Below are positions 19,367-29,661 of a stretch of 64,000 nt of DNA, one piece after another (positions within the stretch are counted from its first letter, which is position 1; each line of letters opens with the position of its first letter). A program made the position numbers and the translations under genes. Source of the stretch: Planctomycetota bacterium (GTDB taxonomy: Bacteria > Planctomycetota > GCA-002687715 > CAIWVZ01); assembly GCA_044222185.1 (NCBI GenBank), contig JBGANV010000001.1, forward strand, positions 2,112,001 through 2,176,000, given 5' to 3'. The notes under the pieces were generated by a model. The model was not told the origin of the DNA. It worked only from the letters and a program-made list of their open reading frames with translations, and made no database searches.

Positions 19367-20293
19367 TCACCGCACGGTGAAGCGTGCGACGACGGGGCGG
19401 TGATCGGAGACGGTCGTCGCGACGACGCGCGTCTCCAGGTGCTCCCAGGAACCGGGCGCCAGGACGAAGTCGATGCGCTCCTTCGGATCGTCCGCCGGGA
19501 AGGTGAACGCGCGACCGTCGAAGTCGCCGCTGAACGCATGGGTCTCGCGGAACGCCGCCATCGACGGGCTGGGCGGATCCGCATTGAAGTCGCCCGCGAC
19601 GATCGCGGGCGCGCCCCCGAGCCACGCCACGATCTGCGCGGCCTGGCGCGCGTTGTTCGTCCGGCTGAAGGAGTCGGTGTGCATGGCCCCGAGAAGCACG
19701 GGGCCCGAGGGCAGGCTCAAGCGCGCGCGTAGGAACCTCCGATTGTTCGTCGTCACCCAGAACGGGCGGCGGCCGGCCAGATCCTGGTTGTCCACGGGTT
19801 CGATCGGATAGCGCGAGAGGATGGCGTTCCCGCCGACGATGCGAAGGAACGGGACCCCGAAGTTGTAGTTCTCGCCGAAAACCCAATGGCGCAGCCCCGC
19901 CGCCTCTGCGATGCCGATCACCTGATCCGTCGCGCAGGGCGTGCACTCCTTCACGGCTTCGGAGAGGAACACGATGTCCGGTCGCTCACGACGAACCACG
20001 TCGGCGAGGTCATCCAGTCGCCTGCGAGCTTCCGCCCGCGACGCGAACCGCACGCCTCCCCTGTGAACGAATCCCTTCGCCACGTTGTAGGCAAGCACGG
20101 TGACGGTCGTGCCCACGGCCGGCGGCGGTGCGGCCACGGCGGTCGTGACTCCGGCCGTCGGTGTCGTGCCGGCAGCGAGCACCAGCCCGTTGACGACGAA
20201 CAGCAGCGGCGGTGCGACGAGAAGCACCAGAACCGACACGATGATTCGGCGTCGGCGGGTTCGAGACCGAGGGGAAAGGCTCTCATCGACCAT
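19367..20293 (-). CDS. Endonuclease/exonuclease/phosphatase (EEP) family protein with N-terminal TM
   Basis: VLAYNV, DIVFLSE, GNAILSRYPI, AGDFNA, RIDFVL, SDHRPV. Confidence 0.92.
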   Translation of the reverse strand: MVDESLSPRSRTRRRRIIVSVLVLLVAPPLLFVVNGLVLAAGTTPTAGVTTAVAAPPPAVGTTVTVLAYNVAKGFVHRGGVRFASRAEARRRLDDLADVVRRERPDIVFLSEAVKECTPCATDQVIGIAEAAGLRHWVFGENYNFGVPFLRIVGGNAILSRYPIEPVDNQDLAGRRPFWVTTNNRRFLRARLSLPSGPVLLGAMHTDSFSRTNNARQAAQIVAWLGGAPAIVAGDFNADPPSPSMAAFRETHAFSGDFDGRAFTFPADDPKERIDFVLAPGSWEHLETRVVATTVSDHRPVVARFTVR

Positions 20294-20475
20294 CGGTGAA
20301 CTATACCCCGCCCCATCTCAGCCTGCCCGATCCGGCGCGCAGGCAGGAGGTTGGAGCAGCTACCCACGTCGCCCCCGCACGGGGTGCCCAGGTTCGTAGC
20401 GTCGTCCGAGGACCGCCGAGCGATGATGAAGCCATGGAGCCGCCCCGACGTGCCCGGCTCCGGAAAGGTTCGGCC

Positions 20476-20937
20476 ATGTTCGCGATCAAGAAGATCCTCG
20501 TGCCAACCGATTTCTCGCCCAGTGCACGCGATGCAGTCCTCTACGCCGTGGACCTGGCGAAGACGTTCGGAGCCGACCTCGTGGTGATGCATGCCCTCGA
20601 GCCTGTCCTCGCCTATCCGGTGTACGGCATCGAGACGCCCATCACGATTCCCCAGCAGGACGAGGTGCGAAAGAGCATCGACGTCCAGATGAAGAAGCTG
20701 CTGGAGAACGACATCAAGGGAGCCGTGCGCACGAAGACGCTGGTTCGTGAGGGTCGCGCACCGGTCGAGATCGTCCGCGCCGCCAAGGAAGAGCACGTGG
20801 ACCTGATCGTGATCGGGAGCGCGGGCTACTCCGCGTTCACCTACGCGCTCCTGGGCAGCACGGCCGAAAAGGTCGCGCGCAAGGCGAGCTGCCCCGTCCT
20901 GCTGTACCGCGAGAAGGGTCGGGAGGAGCCTCGGTAG
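20476..20937 (+). CDS. Universal stress protein UspA family
   Basis: IKKILVPTDFS...VDLIVIGSAGYS...LLGSTAEKVARKASCPVL. Confidence 0.95.
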   Translation: MFAIKKILVPTDFSPSARDAVLYAVDLAKTFGADLVVMHALEPVLAYPVYGIETPITIPQQDEVRKSIDVQMKKLLENDIKGAVRTKTLVREGRAPVEIVRAAKEEHVDLIVIGSAGYSAFTYALLGSTAEKVARKASCPVLLYREKGREEPR

Positions 20938-21029
20938 CCCCACGGCGGCGGGAGTCCGGATCGACCTGACGCGCACGCCGGCTTCGATCGGAGGCTCGCA
21001 CCAAAGAAATTCGGCCTCTCGCCGTGTCC

Positions 21030-22160
21030 ATGGGTGTGGTGCCTCGTCTCACGACTCGCGGTGCACTCACGGCGACGGTCGCTCTCGCAGCCTGGGTGCT
21101 CGCCGCCGCGATCCTGCTGGCTCCCCCGCCGCATGACGGGTCGTTCCCGGTCGGCCGTGGCGATCCGCCGGCAACCGTCGTCGCGGCGTCGTCGCCGGAT
21201 CCGCAGCCGCCGATTGCCGCCTGCCGGTTCGCTCCGGCCGCAGAGAGCGTGGAAATCGCCGGCTCCGAAACGGGCGTGGACGCGCCTCCGCCGAGCGGTG
21301 GCGCGGTCATCGTCACCGTGACCGCCGTCGGCGTCCCGATCGCCGGCGCGAGCGTGCGCGTGTTCAGCGATGGCGCCGTGCCATTCCGTGCGGGCGAAAC
21401 GGACGCGCAGGGCCTGGTCCGCTTCGAGAACCTCGAGGAGGGCGACTACTTCGCGACCGCGGCGCCACCCAACGCGATCGCGCCCGGTGCTCGAAGCGAG
21501 GAGTCCTTCCACGTCGGCAAAGGCGAGACGGCGCATGGCGTCGATCTCGGCCGGCCGACGACCGTCACGTTCCAGTTCGTCTGCGAAGGACCCGCGTGCA
21601 CGCCAGCGGACCTGGAGGTCGCACCGGGATGGGACGTCGTCGGAACCTGGAGTCTGGGCCTCGCGACCACGTCGGACTGGGTCCTCGACGCGCCCGCCTG
21701 CAACGCGACGCTCCGCTGGTGGGCGCCGCCGGGCGCCGACGGTTTCGTGGTGCAGTTCCAAGCTCCGAGCCTCGCGAAAACGCGAACGGAGGTCCGCCTC
21801 ACGGGCCGGGCTATCGATGGCCCGATCCTGGTGACGCTCACGCGCGCGCCCGCGCAACTCGGCGTGCGGGTGATGCGCCCGCTCGGTGGCCTCCGGGCCG
21901 TCGACCTCTGCCTCGACCGCCTGGACGAGGGCGGAGATTCCCTCCTCGGTACGGAGGTCTTCTGCCCGCCGCGGGACCCGGAGGCCCGGCTCGTGGGCGG
22001 CCCGCCGGATGGCAGCGTGCGCCTCCGCCGCGCTGCCCTGCCGCCCGGCGTCTATTCCGTGCGCCACACGCCGTCGGGGCTGCGCACACGCCCTGTCGAC
22101 CTCCGGCTCGGCGGGTCCGCCGCCGAGGTGAGCTTGGACCTGTCGTCGCTCGACCGCTGA
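21030..22160 (+). CDS. Membrane-anchored protein with carboxypeptidase regulatory-like domain
   Basis: N-terminal TM; GVPIAGASVRV...GETDAQGLVRFENLEEGDYFATA module. Confidence 0.6.
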   Translation: MGVVPRLTTRGALTATVALAAWVLAAAILLAPPPHDGSFPVGRGDPPATVVAASSPDPQPPIAACRFAPAAESVEIAGSETGVDAPPPSGGAVIVTVTAVGVPIAGASVRVFSDGAVPFRAGETDAQGLVRFENLEEGDYFATAAPPNAIAPGARSEESFHVGKGETAHGVDLGRPTTVTFQFVCEGPACTPADLEVAPGWDVVGTWSLGLATTSDWVLDAPACNATLRWWAPPGADGFVVQFQAPSLAKTRTEVRLTGRAIDGPILVTLTRAPAQLGVRVMRPLGGLRAVDLCLDRLDEGGDSLLGTEVFCPPRDPEARLVGGPPDGSVRLRRAALPPGVYSVRHTPSGLRTRPVDLRLGGSAAEVSLDLSSLDR

Positions 22161-22393
22161 GGTTCCGCTCGGCGGCCGCATGCCGGTCGAGCGCGATTTC
22201 TTGCGCCTGAGCAAAAGTCGAGACCGTATCTCGCCCGATACTCATCCGGTCCCGATGTGTGGGACGCGCCACCGTCCTGGAGCGCATGTCCGAAGCGATC
22301 GACTCGACCGCACGCGGACGACCCGACATCCCGTGAAGTCCCGAACCCTCCCGGCGAGGGGCGTTCGCCGTCCACCACGACCGAGGTTTCAAC

Positions 22394-23935
22394 ATGTCAC
22401 GCAAGGCGGTTTTCACTCCACTGGCGCTCGTCTCATGTCTCGTCATCGCGGGCACCTCCGTCGCGCAAATCGGTGTGCCGGTGATCGTTCACCCGACGCT
22501 GTCGGCAACGGTCGGCGCGACCGTCGTCTTCAGCGGCTCGAATGATCCCTCGGCCCTCGCCGTCGACGTGCGCATCGACGGGAGCCTGAACACGGCGACG
22601 GTGAACGGCACCTCGTGGGCGTTCCGCACGACGCTCACCGACGGTGTCCACACGGTCGACGTGCGGGCGGGCGACGGCTCCACCTACAGTGCATTCTCGA
22701 CGGCACAGTCCATCACCGTGGACAGCGTCAGCGTGCCGGCGACCACCAGCCCGCCGTCTGGAGTCTCCCCGACGGCCGCCGTGATCGCCATGGAGTGGAG
22801 CTCGGCACCGACGGCGGTGTCGTACAACGTCTACCGCAACGACGAGCTGGTCGTGAACGTCGCCGTGACGTCGTTCACGGAAAGCGCCGTCCTCGCCGAC
22901 GGGACGTACAGCTACAGCGTCGCCGCGATCGACCAGTTCGGGTTCGAGGGATCGGTGAGCTTCCCCCGCGACTTCCAGCAGAATGCCACCTGGCCTTCCA
23001 ATGTGATGACCGTGGGGTCCCAATCCGGTGACGGCTTCGGAGAGATCGACGCCGCCGTGAACTGGATCGCGAGCCATTCGCTCACGAATCAGACCATCCT
23101 CGTTCACGACGGCTTCTACCAGCCGTTCGCGGCATACAACGGCGTCCGCATCCACGCCGTTCCCGGATCGTCGGTCGTGGTCGACACGTCGACGGCAGGC
23201 GCCATCGTCTCCGGCGGGGCAGCCTCCGAGAGCTTCGAGGTCGTCGGGATCTCGTTCGTCGGATCGGCGACGCCGCAATTCGACGTGAGTGGATGCTCCG
23301 TTCCCGTCGTCCTCGAGAGTTGCGGCTTCAGCGGCTCTGCCGGGACGGCCGTCAACGTCTCGGGCTCGCGCAGCGTTTCGATCCAACGTTGCACGATCTC
23401 CGGCAACGCTCCCCTCGTGCTCGGAGGTTACTCGCTCGCGTCCATGATCGCCGGCAGTCTGACCACGACGGGTACGGATGCCGTCACGCTCTCCCAGGCG
23501 TCGCAGCTGTTCAGCCAGGGTGCGACCGTCAGCGGCAACGCCTCGGTATCGCCGAACTCGCAGTTCGTGACGCTCGGCGGCACGCCGATGGAGATCGACG
23601 CCCCGTGCACGGTGACGGCTGGAGTCACCTTCCAGCTCACGTTCCGTGGTCCGGCCTCGCAGGTCTGGGGGCTGTTCGCGCACGGTACGACGAGCCTCGG
23701 CTACGCGTACAACCCGTGGGCTTCGATCGACGGTGCATTGCTGCTCGACTCGACGTCCGTCGTACTCGCATACGCGGGCATGACCGACGTGGCGGGCCAG
23801 GAACAGGTGAACGTGAGCATTCCGAACGACTCGTATTTCCGCGGGTACCCGTTGCAGGTGCAGGCCGTTGGCTTCGAGCCGACCGCGAGCGCGTGGAGCC
23901 TCAGCAACGAACTGACGGTCGTCGCAATTCCTTGA
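22394..23935 (+). CDS. Secreted Ser/Thr/Val-rich protein (Ig/FnIII-like, beta-helix, C-terminal beta domain)
   Basis: Signal peptide ending SVAQ; SYNVYRN...GTYSYSVAAID FnIII-like; TILVHDGFY beta-helix start; C-terminus PLQVQAVGFEPTASAWSLSNELTV. Confidence 0.78.
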   Translation: MSRKAVFTPLALVSCLVIAGTSVAQIGVPVIVHPTLSATVGATVVFSGSNDPSALAVDVRIDGSLNTATVNGTSWAFRTTLTDGVHTVDVRAGDGSTYSAFSTAQSITVDSVSVPATTSPPSGVSPTAAVIAMEWSSAPTAVSYNVYRNDELVVNVAVTSFTESAVLADGTYSYSVAAIDQFGFEGSVSFPRDFQQNATWPSNVMTVGSQSGDGFGEIDAAVNWIASHSLTNQTILVHDGFYQPFAAYNGVRIHAVPGSSVVVDTSTAGAIVSGGAASESFEVVGISFVGSATPQFDVSGCSVPVVLESCGFSGSAGTAVNVSGSRSVSIQRCTISGNAPLVLGGYSLASMIAGSLTTTGTDAVTLSQASQLFSQGATVSGNASVSPNSQFVTLGGTPMEIDAPCTVTAGVTFQLTFRGPASQVWGLFAHGTTSLGYAYNPWASIDGALLLDSTSVVLAYAGMTDVAGQEQVNVSIPNDSYFRGYPLQVQAVGFEPTASAWSLSNELTVVAIP

Positions 23936-24079
23936 GCACGAGCCTCGGCGCTCGTTGCAGATCCACGGCGCGGACGTAGCCTTGCGGCTCATCCGCGTCG
24001 CGGAGCTTCCTCGCAGGTGCGCGGCTCGACGCCTCGCGCTGGGCGACGGCGATCTCCGGCGGGTGCGCCGGAGATCCGC

Positions 24080-25726
24080 ATGAACACCCGCCTCACCCTC
24101 GGCACGATCGTCGCGCTCTGCGCACTTCTCACGAGCTGCGCCCACACGGATGCGGAGAAGGCGCCGCTCGCCGCCGAGCCGGCCGGCTTCCATCGCGCCG
24201 TGACGACGAAGTCCCCGTCAGCGCAGGACGCGTTCGATCGAGGGCTGCTCGCCTGCTTCGCGTTCAACCACGAGCAGGCGATCGCGGCGTTCCAGGAGGC
24301 CGTCTCGCACGATCCATCGTGCGGAATGGCGTGGTGGGGCCAGGCCCTCGCGGCCGGACCGAACATCAACAATGCGGAGATGACGCCCGACAGTCTGCGC
24401 ATGGCGGTCGACGCCGTCGGACGGGCGCGCATCCTCGCGCCGGCTCAAAGCCCGGTGGAACGCGAGCTGATCGAGGCCCTCTCGAAGCGCTACACGGACC
24501 CGCCGCCGGCCGACCGGGCCGCCCTCGATCGCGCCTACGCCGATGCCATGCGCGAGGTGTGGAGGCGCCATCCTGATGACGCCGACGTCGCCGCGCTCTT
24601 CGCCGAATCCATGATGGACCTGCGTCCGTGGGACCTGTGGACGCCCGCCGGCGAACCCCAGCCAGGCACGCTCGAGATCGTCTCCACGTTGGAGGCCGCG
24701 CGACGTCTCGCTCCCGACCACCCCGGAGCCCTGCACTACACCATCCATACGCTCGAAGCGTCCCCCGAGCCCGGCCGTGCGCTTCCCGCAGCCGATCGCC
24801 TGCGCGACCTCGTCCCCGATGCCGGCCACCTCGTGCACATGCCGTCGCACATCGACATCCGCATCGGGCACTACGAAGAGGCCATGAAGGCGAATCGACG
24901 CGGCATCGCCGCCGACCTCCGCCTCGTGGAGCGCGTGGGTCGCGGACACTTCTACGACCTGTACCGCGCGCACAACTACCACTTCCTCGTGTACGCAGCG
25001 ATGTTCGACGGGCAGAGCCGCGTGGCGATCGAAGCCGCGCGCGAGCTGCAACGAGAGCTCGCTCCCATGCTCGCGACCGACGCGAAGCGATACGTCGACG
25101 GGTTCGTGGCGACCCCGTACTCGGTGCTCGTCCGCTTCGGCCACTGGCAGGAGATGCTGAACGAGCCGGCGCCGGACCCGGAGCTGAAGTACACCGTCGC
25201 CATGTGGCACCACGCTCGCGGAATGGCGTTCGCCTCGCTCGGGCATCCGGAACAAGCCTCGGCCGAGCTGGCCGCCTTCAACGCCGCAGCCAAGGAGATC
25301 GCACCCAGCGTTCACATCGGCAACAACGCGGCGCAGACGGTGCTCGACGTCGGACGTCCACTCCTCGAGGGAGAGATCGCGTACCGCCTCGGCCACTTCG
25401 ACGAGGCGTTCGAACGGCTGCGCGAGGGCGTGGCGCGGGACGACGCGCTGAAATACGACGAACCCTGGGGCTGGATGCAGCCGGTCCGGCATGCGCTCGG
25501 CGCGTTGTTGCTCGAGCAGGGGCGGGCCGAGGAGGCACTCGCGGTCTACGAAGCCGACCTCCGCGCCCACCCCGAGAACGGCTGGTCGCTGACGGGGCTC
25601 GCGGACGCGCTCACGCGCATGGGTCGCCTCGAGGAGGCGAAGGTGGTCGAGGCGCGGTTCGCGAAGGCCTGGGAGCGCTCCGACACGCGGCTTCCCGGCT
25701 CGTGCTTCTGCAAACGGCCCCGCTGA
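24080..25726 (+). CDS. TPR-repeat lipoprotein
   Basis: Lipobox LTSC; FNHEQAIAAFQEA, DHPGALHYTIH, GHLVHMPSHI, PENGWSLTGL; TPR helices throughout. Confidence 0.85.
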   Translation: MNTRLTLGTIVALCALLTSCAHTDAEKAPLAAEPAGFHRAVTTKSPSAQDAFDRGLLACFAFNHEQAIAAFQEAVSHDPSCGMAWWGQALAAGPNINNAEMTPDSLRMAVDAVGRARILAPAQSPVERELIEALSKRYTDPPPADRAALDRAYADAMREVWRRHPDDADVAALFAESMMDLRPWDLWTPAGEPQPGTLEIVSTLEAARRLAPDHPGALHYTIHTLEASPEPGRALPAADRLRDLVPDAGHLVHMPSHIDIRIGHYEEAMKANRRGIAADLRLVERVGRGHFYDLYRAHNYHFLVYAAMFDGQSRVAIEAARELQRELAPMLATDAKRYVDGFVATPYSVLVRFGHWQEMLNEPAPDPELKYTVAMWHHARGMAFASLGHPEQASAELAAFNAAAKEIAPSVHIGNNAAQTVLDVGRPLLEGEIAYRLGHFDEAFERLREGVARDDALKYDEPWGWMQPVRHALGALLLEQGRAEEALAVYEADLRAHPENGWSLTGLADALTRMGRLEEAKVVEARFAKAWERSDTRLPGSCFCKRPR

Positions 25727-25735
25727 CTCGCCCGC

Positions 25736-26206
25736 TCAGCCCGACAACGCGCGGAGCAGATCGAGTGCGGTCGCGATGCCGATGGGGTGACGATCCTCGT
25801 CGACGACGATCACCCGGTGGATCCGCCCCTCGACCATCTGGCGCGCGACGGACTTGACGGACGCGCTCTCCTTCGCACAGACCGGCGTCGTCGACATCAG
25901 GTCCTCGGCGACTCCGAGATCGTCCGGGTTGAACGCCGCCTCGGACGGCCCCGTCCGGAGGCTCTCCCAGAAGTCGGTGCTGCCTGGACCGCCGGCTGGC
26001 CCTTCCACGCATCGGCGGATGATGTCGGTCTTCGAGATGACGCCGACGACACAGTCCATCTCGTCGACCACGGGCACGCCCGAGATGTCGTTCTCGGTGA
26101 ACACCTCGGCGATCCGCTGCAGCGACGCGGAGCGCAGCACGCAGATCGGGTCCTTGGTCATGACCTCGCCGACGGTCATCACTTGGCTCTTGGACTTCGT
26201 TGTCAT
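25736..26206 (-). CDS. CBS domain pair protein
   Basis: TVGEVMTKDPICV, ISGVPVVDE...VGVISKTDI, IHRVIVVDE...IGIATALDLL. Confidence 0.92.
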   Translation of the reverse strand: MTTKSKSQVMTVGEVMTKDPICVLRSASLQRIAEVFTENDISGVPVVDEMDCVVGVISKTDIIRRCVEGPAGGPGSTDFWESLRTGPSEAAFNPDDLGVAEDLMSTTPVCAKESASVKSVARQMVEGRIHRVIVVDEDRHPIGIATALDLLRALSG

Positions 26207-26423
26207 GGACGTGTCTCCGGTGCCGGCGAAAGCCGGGTTGTGTTCCACGCGAACGATTGTCCGAGCGACACGACGACGCGTCCCTCCGTTGAAGTTCGTA
26301 ATGGTGCCGGAGATGGGACGAGTGCGAACGGTTCGATGAGACCGGTCGCGAGACGCAGTGCGCGCTCGGTGCCCGCCCCGCGTGCCGCTTGCGAGCCCGC
26401 CCCGAGCAGGCACCATCGTGCCC

Positions 26424-26702
26424 ATGGACTGGAAGCTCATCGCCACGACGTTCGTCACCATCTTCCTGGCGGAGCTCGGCGACAAGACGCAGCTCGCGAC
26501 GCTTTCGCTCGCGGCCGACGGGACGTCGAAGCGCAGCGTGTTCGTCGGGTCAGCCGCAGCCCTCATCGCCACGTCCGCCATCGCCGTCCTCGGCGGCGAG
26601 ATGATCGCCCGCGTGATCCCGCCGATCTGGATCAAACGGGTGGCGGGCGCGTTGTTCGTCGTGCTCGGCGCGCTGATGCTCTTGCGCAGCGGCAACGACT
26701 GA
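26424..26702 (+). CDS. UPF0016/GDT1/TMEM165 family, single-repeat Ca2+/Mn2+ transporter-like
   Basis: Signature IFLAELGDKTQLATL; 92 aa, about 3 TM helices. Confidence 0.92.
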   Translation: MDWKLIATTFVTIFLAELGDKTQLATLSLAADGTSKRSVFVGSAAALIATSAIAVLGGEMIARVIPPIWIKRVAGALFVVLGALMLLRSGND

Positions 26703-26765
26703 GGCGCGGCGCGGAGCCGCGCCGCTCCGAAACTGCGGGCGCCTGCGTGCAGGCGCTCGAGCGAA

Positions 26766-27944
26766 TCAGGTCTTCTTCGCGGCCGTCAGACGGGCCACCG
26801 CGAGCTTCAGCAGCGCCTCGTTGCCATCGCCGGAACCGACGACGACGATCACGACCTTGCCCTCCTTGTCGACCAGCGCCAGCGTCGGGATTCCCGGCAC
26901 CTTGTAGTTGTCGAAATCGGACTTCTGCGCGATCACGAACGGATAGGCGATCTCGGTCACTTTCTTGAACGCCTCGACGTGCTTGGGGAACGCCGCCTCG
27001 TCCATGCCCTTCACGGATTCGCCGCCCACGTCCATCTGGGACTTGTTCGCCGGCATGTAGCCGTTGTCGTAGAAGCGGGTGACGCCGATGACCTCCAGGC
27101 CGTCCTTCTGATGCGCGGTGAACATCTCGCTCAGCTTCGGCATGACGTGGCGGCACGGTGGGCACCAGGTCGCCCAGAAGTCGACGAGCACCACCTTGCC
27201 CTTCATGGCGCTGAGGGCCTTCGCGTCGCCACCGATCCATTGCTTCGAATCGATGTCGGGGGCCTGCTTTCCGACGAGCGCGATCCGCAGATCCGTGTAG
27301 CGCTTCTGCTTCTCGTCGACCTTCGCTGCCTCCTCGAACTTCGCGATGGCGGCTTTCGTATCGCCGTCGATGGCCGCGAGGTCGCCCAGCGTGACCATGG
27401 CACGGAACTTCTCGGCGGCGGCCCCATTCTTCACCACCTCGTCGAGCGCCTTGCGCGCGTCGTCGACTCGACCGGCCGAGAGGAGCGCCGTCGGATAGGT
27501 GTTGTTCCGGATCATCTTCGCCGACTCGTGCTCGCCGAAGTTCTTCAGGATCGCTTCGCAGGCAGCGACCTTCGTCTCCGGCGCACTCTCACCGTTCGCG
27601 AGGCCGACGAGCCCATCGCGCATCATGTCGCCGTCGGTCTTCGGATCCATCTTCTTCCAGTCCGCGGTCGCGAACTGTTTGTGGAACGACTCGCGCGCGG
27701 TGTTCATCGCCTTGCGAAGCGGGTCGATCTCGGCGGTCAGTTTCTTCCGTTCGTCGGCGGGCAGGCTGCGATCCTGCATCTTCGGCGACGCTTCCTTCAT
27801 CGCGGTGGTGAACTTGTCGGAAGCGGCCTTGTACTCCGAGTAGGACTTCGACAACGGCGACGCTGGAGCGGGCGCGGCGCCAGGCTCCTGCGCGACGACG
27901 AACGCACAACAGAGCAGCGCGACCGAGATCGGAAGCAGACGCAT
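26766..27944 (-). CDS. Secreted TlpA-like thiol-disulfide oxidoreductase with N-terminal helical/TPR region
   Basis: Signal peptide; GKVVLVDFWATWCPPCR; VPGIPTLALVDKEGKV. Confidence 0.9.
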   Translation of the reverse strand: MRLLPISVALLCCAFVVAQEPGAAPAPASPLSKSYSEYKAASDKFTTAMKEASPKMQDRSLPADERKKLTAEIDPLRKAMNTARESFHKQFATADWKKMDPKTDGDMMRDGLVGLANGESAPETKVAACEAILKNFGEHESAKMIRNNTYPTALLSAGRVDDARKALDEVVKNGAAAEKFRAMVTLGDLAAIDGDTKAAIAKFEEAAKVDEKQKRYTDLRIALVGKQAPDIDSKQWIGGDAKALSAMKGKVVLVDFWATWCPPCRHVMPKLSEMFTAHQKDGLEVIGVTRFYDNGYMPANKSQMDVGGESVKGMDEAAFPKHVEAFKKVTEIAYPFVIAQKSDFDNYKVPGIPTLALVDKEGKVVIVVVGSGDGNEALLKLAVARLTAAKKT

Positions 27945-28144
27945 GATCGAGTCTCCTGGGGTTCTTCGGCGGGTGACGTTCGACGGCCTCTGGCCAGGCG
28001 CGAATCCCATGCCCTGAGGGCAGACTGCGCGACGAGGGGCCAAAGACTGAGGACGCAATCCGCGACGCGGTTATTCACGGCGACCGGTGCGAGCCGCGCC
28101 TCGCCGCCACGGCGAGTGAGTCGCACCGGAGACTGGGTGGATTC

Positions 28145-29647
28145 TCAGACCTCGAGCGGCGCCCGGATCCGGACGTCCGTCGCCTCGATTCCTGAGAATG
28201 GGAGGTCGGAGGTGTAGAGGCCGGGCGTCTCCTGGCGAGCGTGGTAGGTCGCCATGCCGAGGTAGTTCCCGAACGCCTCCCACAGCACGTTCGCGACCCG
28301 CCCCTGCGTGATCGCCACGTGGTGCGGGAAATGGCGCAGCAGCACGTTGCGGTAGAGCCGCTGGAGGTCTGGGAGTCGACACCAGCCGTAGCACCCGAAG
28401 GTGACGGCCGGGTTCTCCTCGATCCGCCCCTCGGCAACCATGGCCTTCATGGTGCCGTCGGCGTCCTGCGTGACCCGGCACAGCGTCAGCGGCGTCTCGC
28501 GGGCGACGAACTCGATGGTGCCCTCCGAGTCCTCGTAGCGCGCCGCTCCGCTGGAAGCGATGATTTCCTGAACGCCCAACTTCACAGGCGTGCGGGCGAA
28601 CGCCGCGGGGAACACGCCGCAGTGCCAGACGTTCACCAGTTCGTCGTCGTCGTTGTGGACGTTGTTCCAGTCAGCGAGCCCCGCTGGCGAATCGCTCGCG
28701 AGCATCGCGGCGTGCATGGAGAGCGTTCCCATGATGTCCGCCTCGCAGGCACTCGGCATCCCCTCGTCGCCGAACCGGCTCATCGTCGTACACGAGCACA
28801 CGCCGTAATTCGCCTGCAGACTCGTCCAGCACTGGATCGCGAACGCATCCAGGGCGTTGGCCTTGGCCCAGCGCCGCAGGAACAGTTCGAGCTTGGCGCT
28901 GCGCAGGATCGACGCGTCCTTCACCGCAGACGTGTCGGCGTATCCGCGGATCGAGGTCGCGACCTGAATCACCGCCGGATCGTCGTCCGCGAGCTTGCCG
29001 GCTCCTCCGATCACCTCGCTCAGGTCGAGGGTGACGACGGTCGGTCCCATCCGCTGAAGCCGTTTCTCGTCGTAGCGGCAAGTCCAGAATGCGTCGGGGC
29101 GGGCGCCCACCTGTCCGTACCGGGCGCCGCGAATCCCGCGGACGACGCGACACAGCCTGATGAAGAAGTCGATGTCCTCGGCGAACGAAGGATCCGTCGG
29201 GAAGCAGATCGGCCGCTGCGCCACCGTGTACTTCGCACCGATCTGGCGGAGCACCTCGCCGATGCTGAGGAGGCCGCAGAAACTGTCGCGACGACGTGTC
29301 GTCATCGTGAGCCGTTCCTCCTCCTGGCAGCCGTAGATGAGGATCGGAACGTCGAGGCGGGCGCGCCGCACGCACCACGCCACTCCCTGCTCCTCGCCGA
29401 AGTTCACGGCACCGATGAGGATCCCATGGACGTCTTCGCGCCGGAACATCTCGGCGGTGAGTTCGGCCTCCTCACGGGTCTCGACGCAGCCGACCTTCGT
29501 CTGCCCGGGTGACGGGACGACGACGTCGACGCCGAGCTTCGCGAGAACCTCGAGCGTCTCGTTCCGCATCTTCGCGGCCAGTTCGCTCGAGAAGAACCCG
29601 CGATTCGCCGGGATGTAGCCGATCTTCACTCTCTTCGATGAATGCAT
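28145..29647 (-). CDS. L-fucose/arabinose isomerase family protein (probable non-AraA L-arabinose isomerase)
   Basis: NFGEEQG, RRDSFCGLLSI, AIQCWTS, PSACEADIMG, DWNN, WHCG, FPHHVAI; third gene of the araB-araD operon. Confidence 0.82.
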   Translation of the reverse strand: MHSSKRVKIGYIPANRGFFSSELAAKMRNETLEVLAKLGVDVVVPSPGQTKVGCVETREEAELTAEMFRREDVHGILIGAVNFGEEQGVAWCVRRARLDVPILIYGCQEEERLTMTTRRRDSFCGLLSIGEVLRQIGAKYTVAQRPICFPTDPSFAEDIDFFIRLCRVVRGIRGARYGQVGARPDAFWTCRYDEKRLQRMGPTVVTLDLSEVIGGAGKLADDDPAVIQVATSIRGYADTSAVKDASILRSAKLELFLRRWAKANALDAFAIQCWTSLQANYGVCSCTTMSRFGDEGMPSACEADIMGTLSMHAAMLASDSPAGLADWNNVHNDDDELVNVWHCGVFPAAFARTPVKLGVQEIIASSGAARYEDSEGTIEFVARETPLTLCRVTQDADGTMKAMVAEGRIEENPAVTFGCYGWCRLPDLQRLYRNVLLRHFPHHVAITQGRVANVLWEAFGNYLGMATYHARQETPGLYTSDLPFSGIEATDVRIRAPLEV

Positions 29648-29661
29648 GGCGTTCCTGTGGT

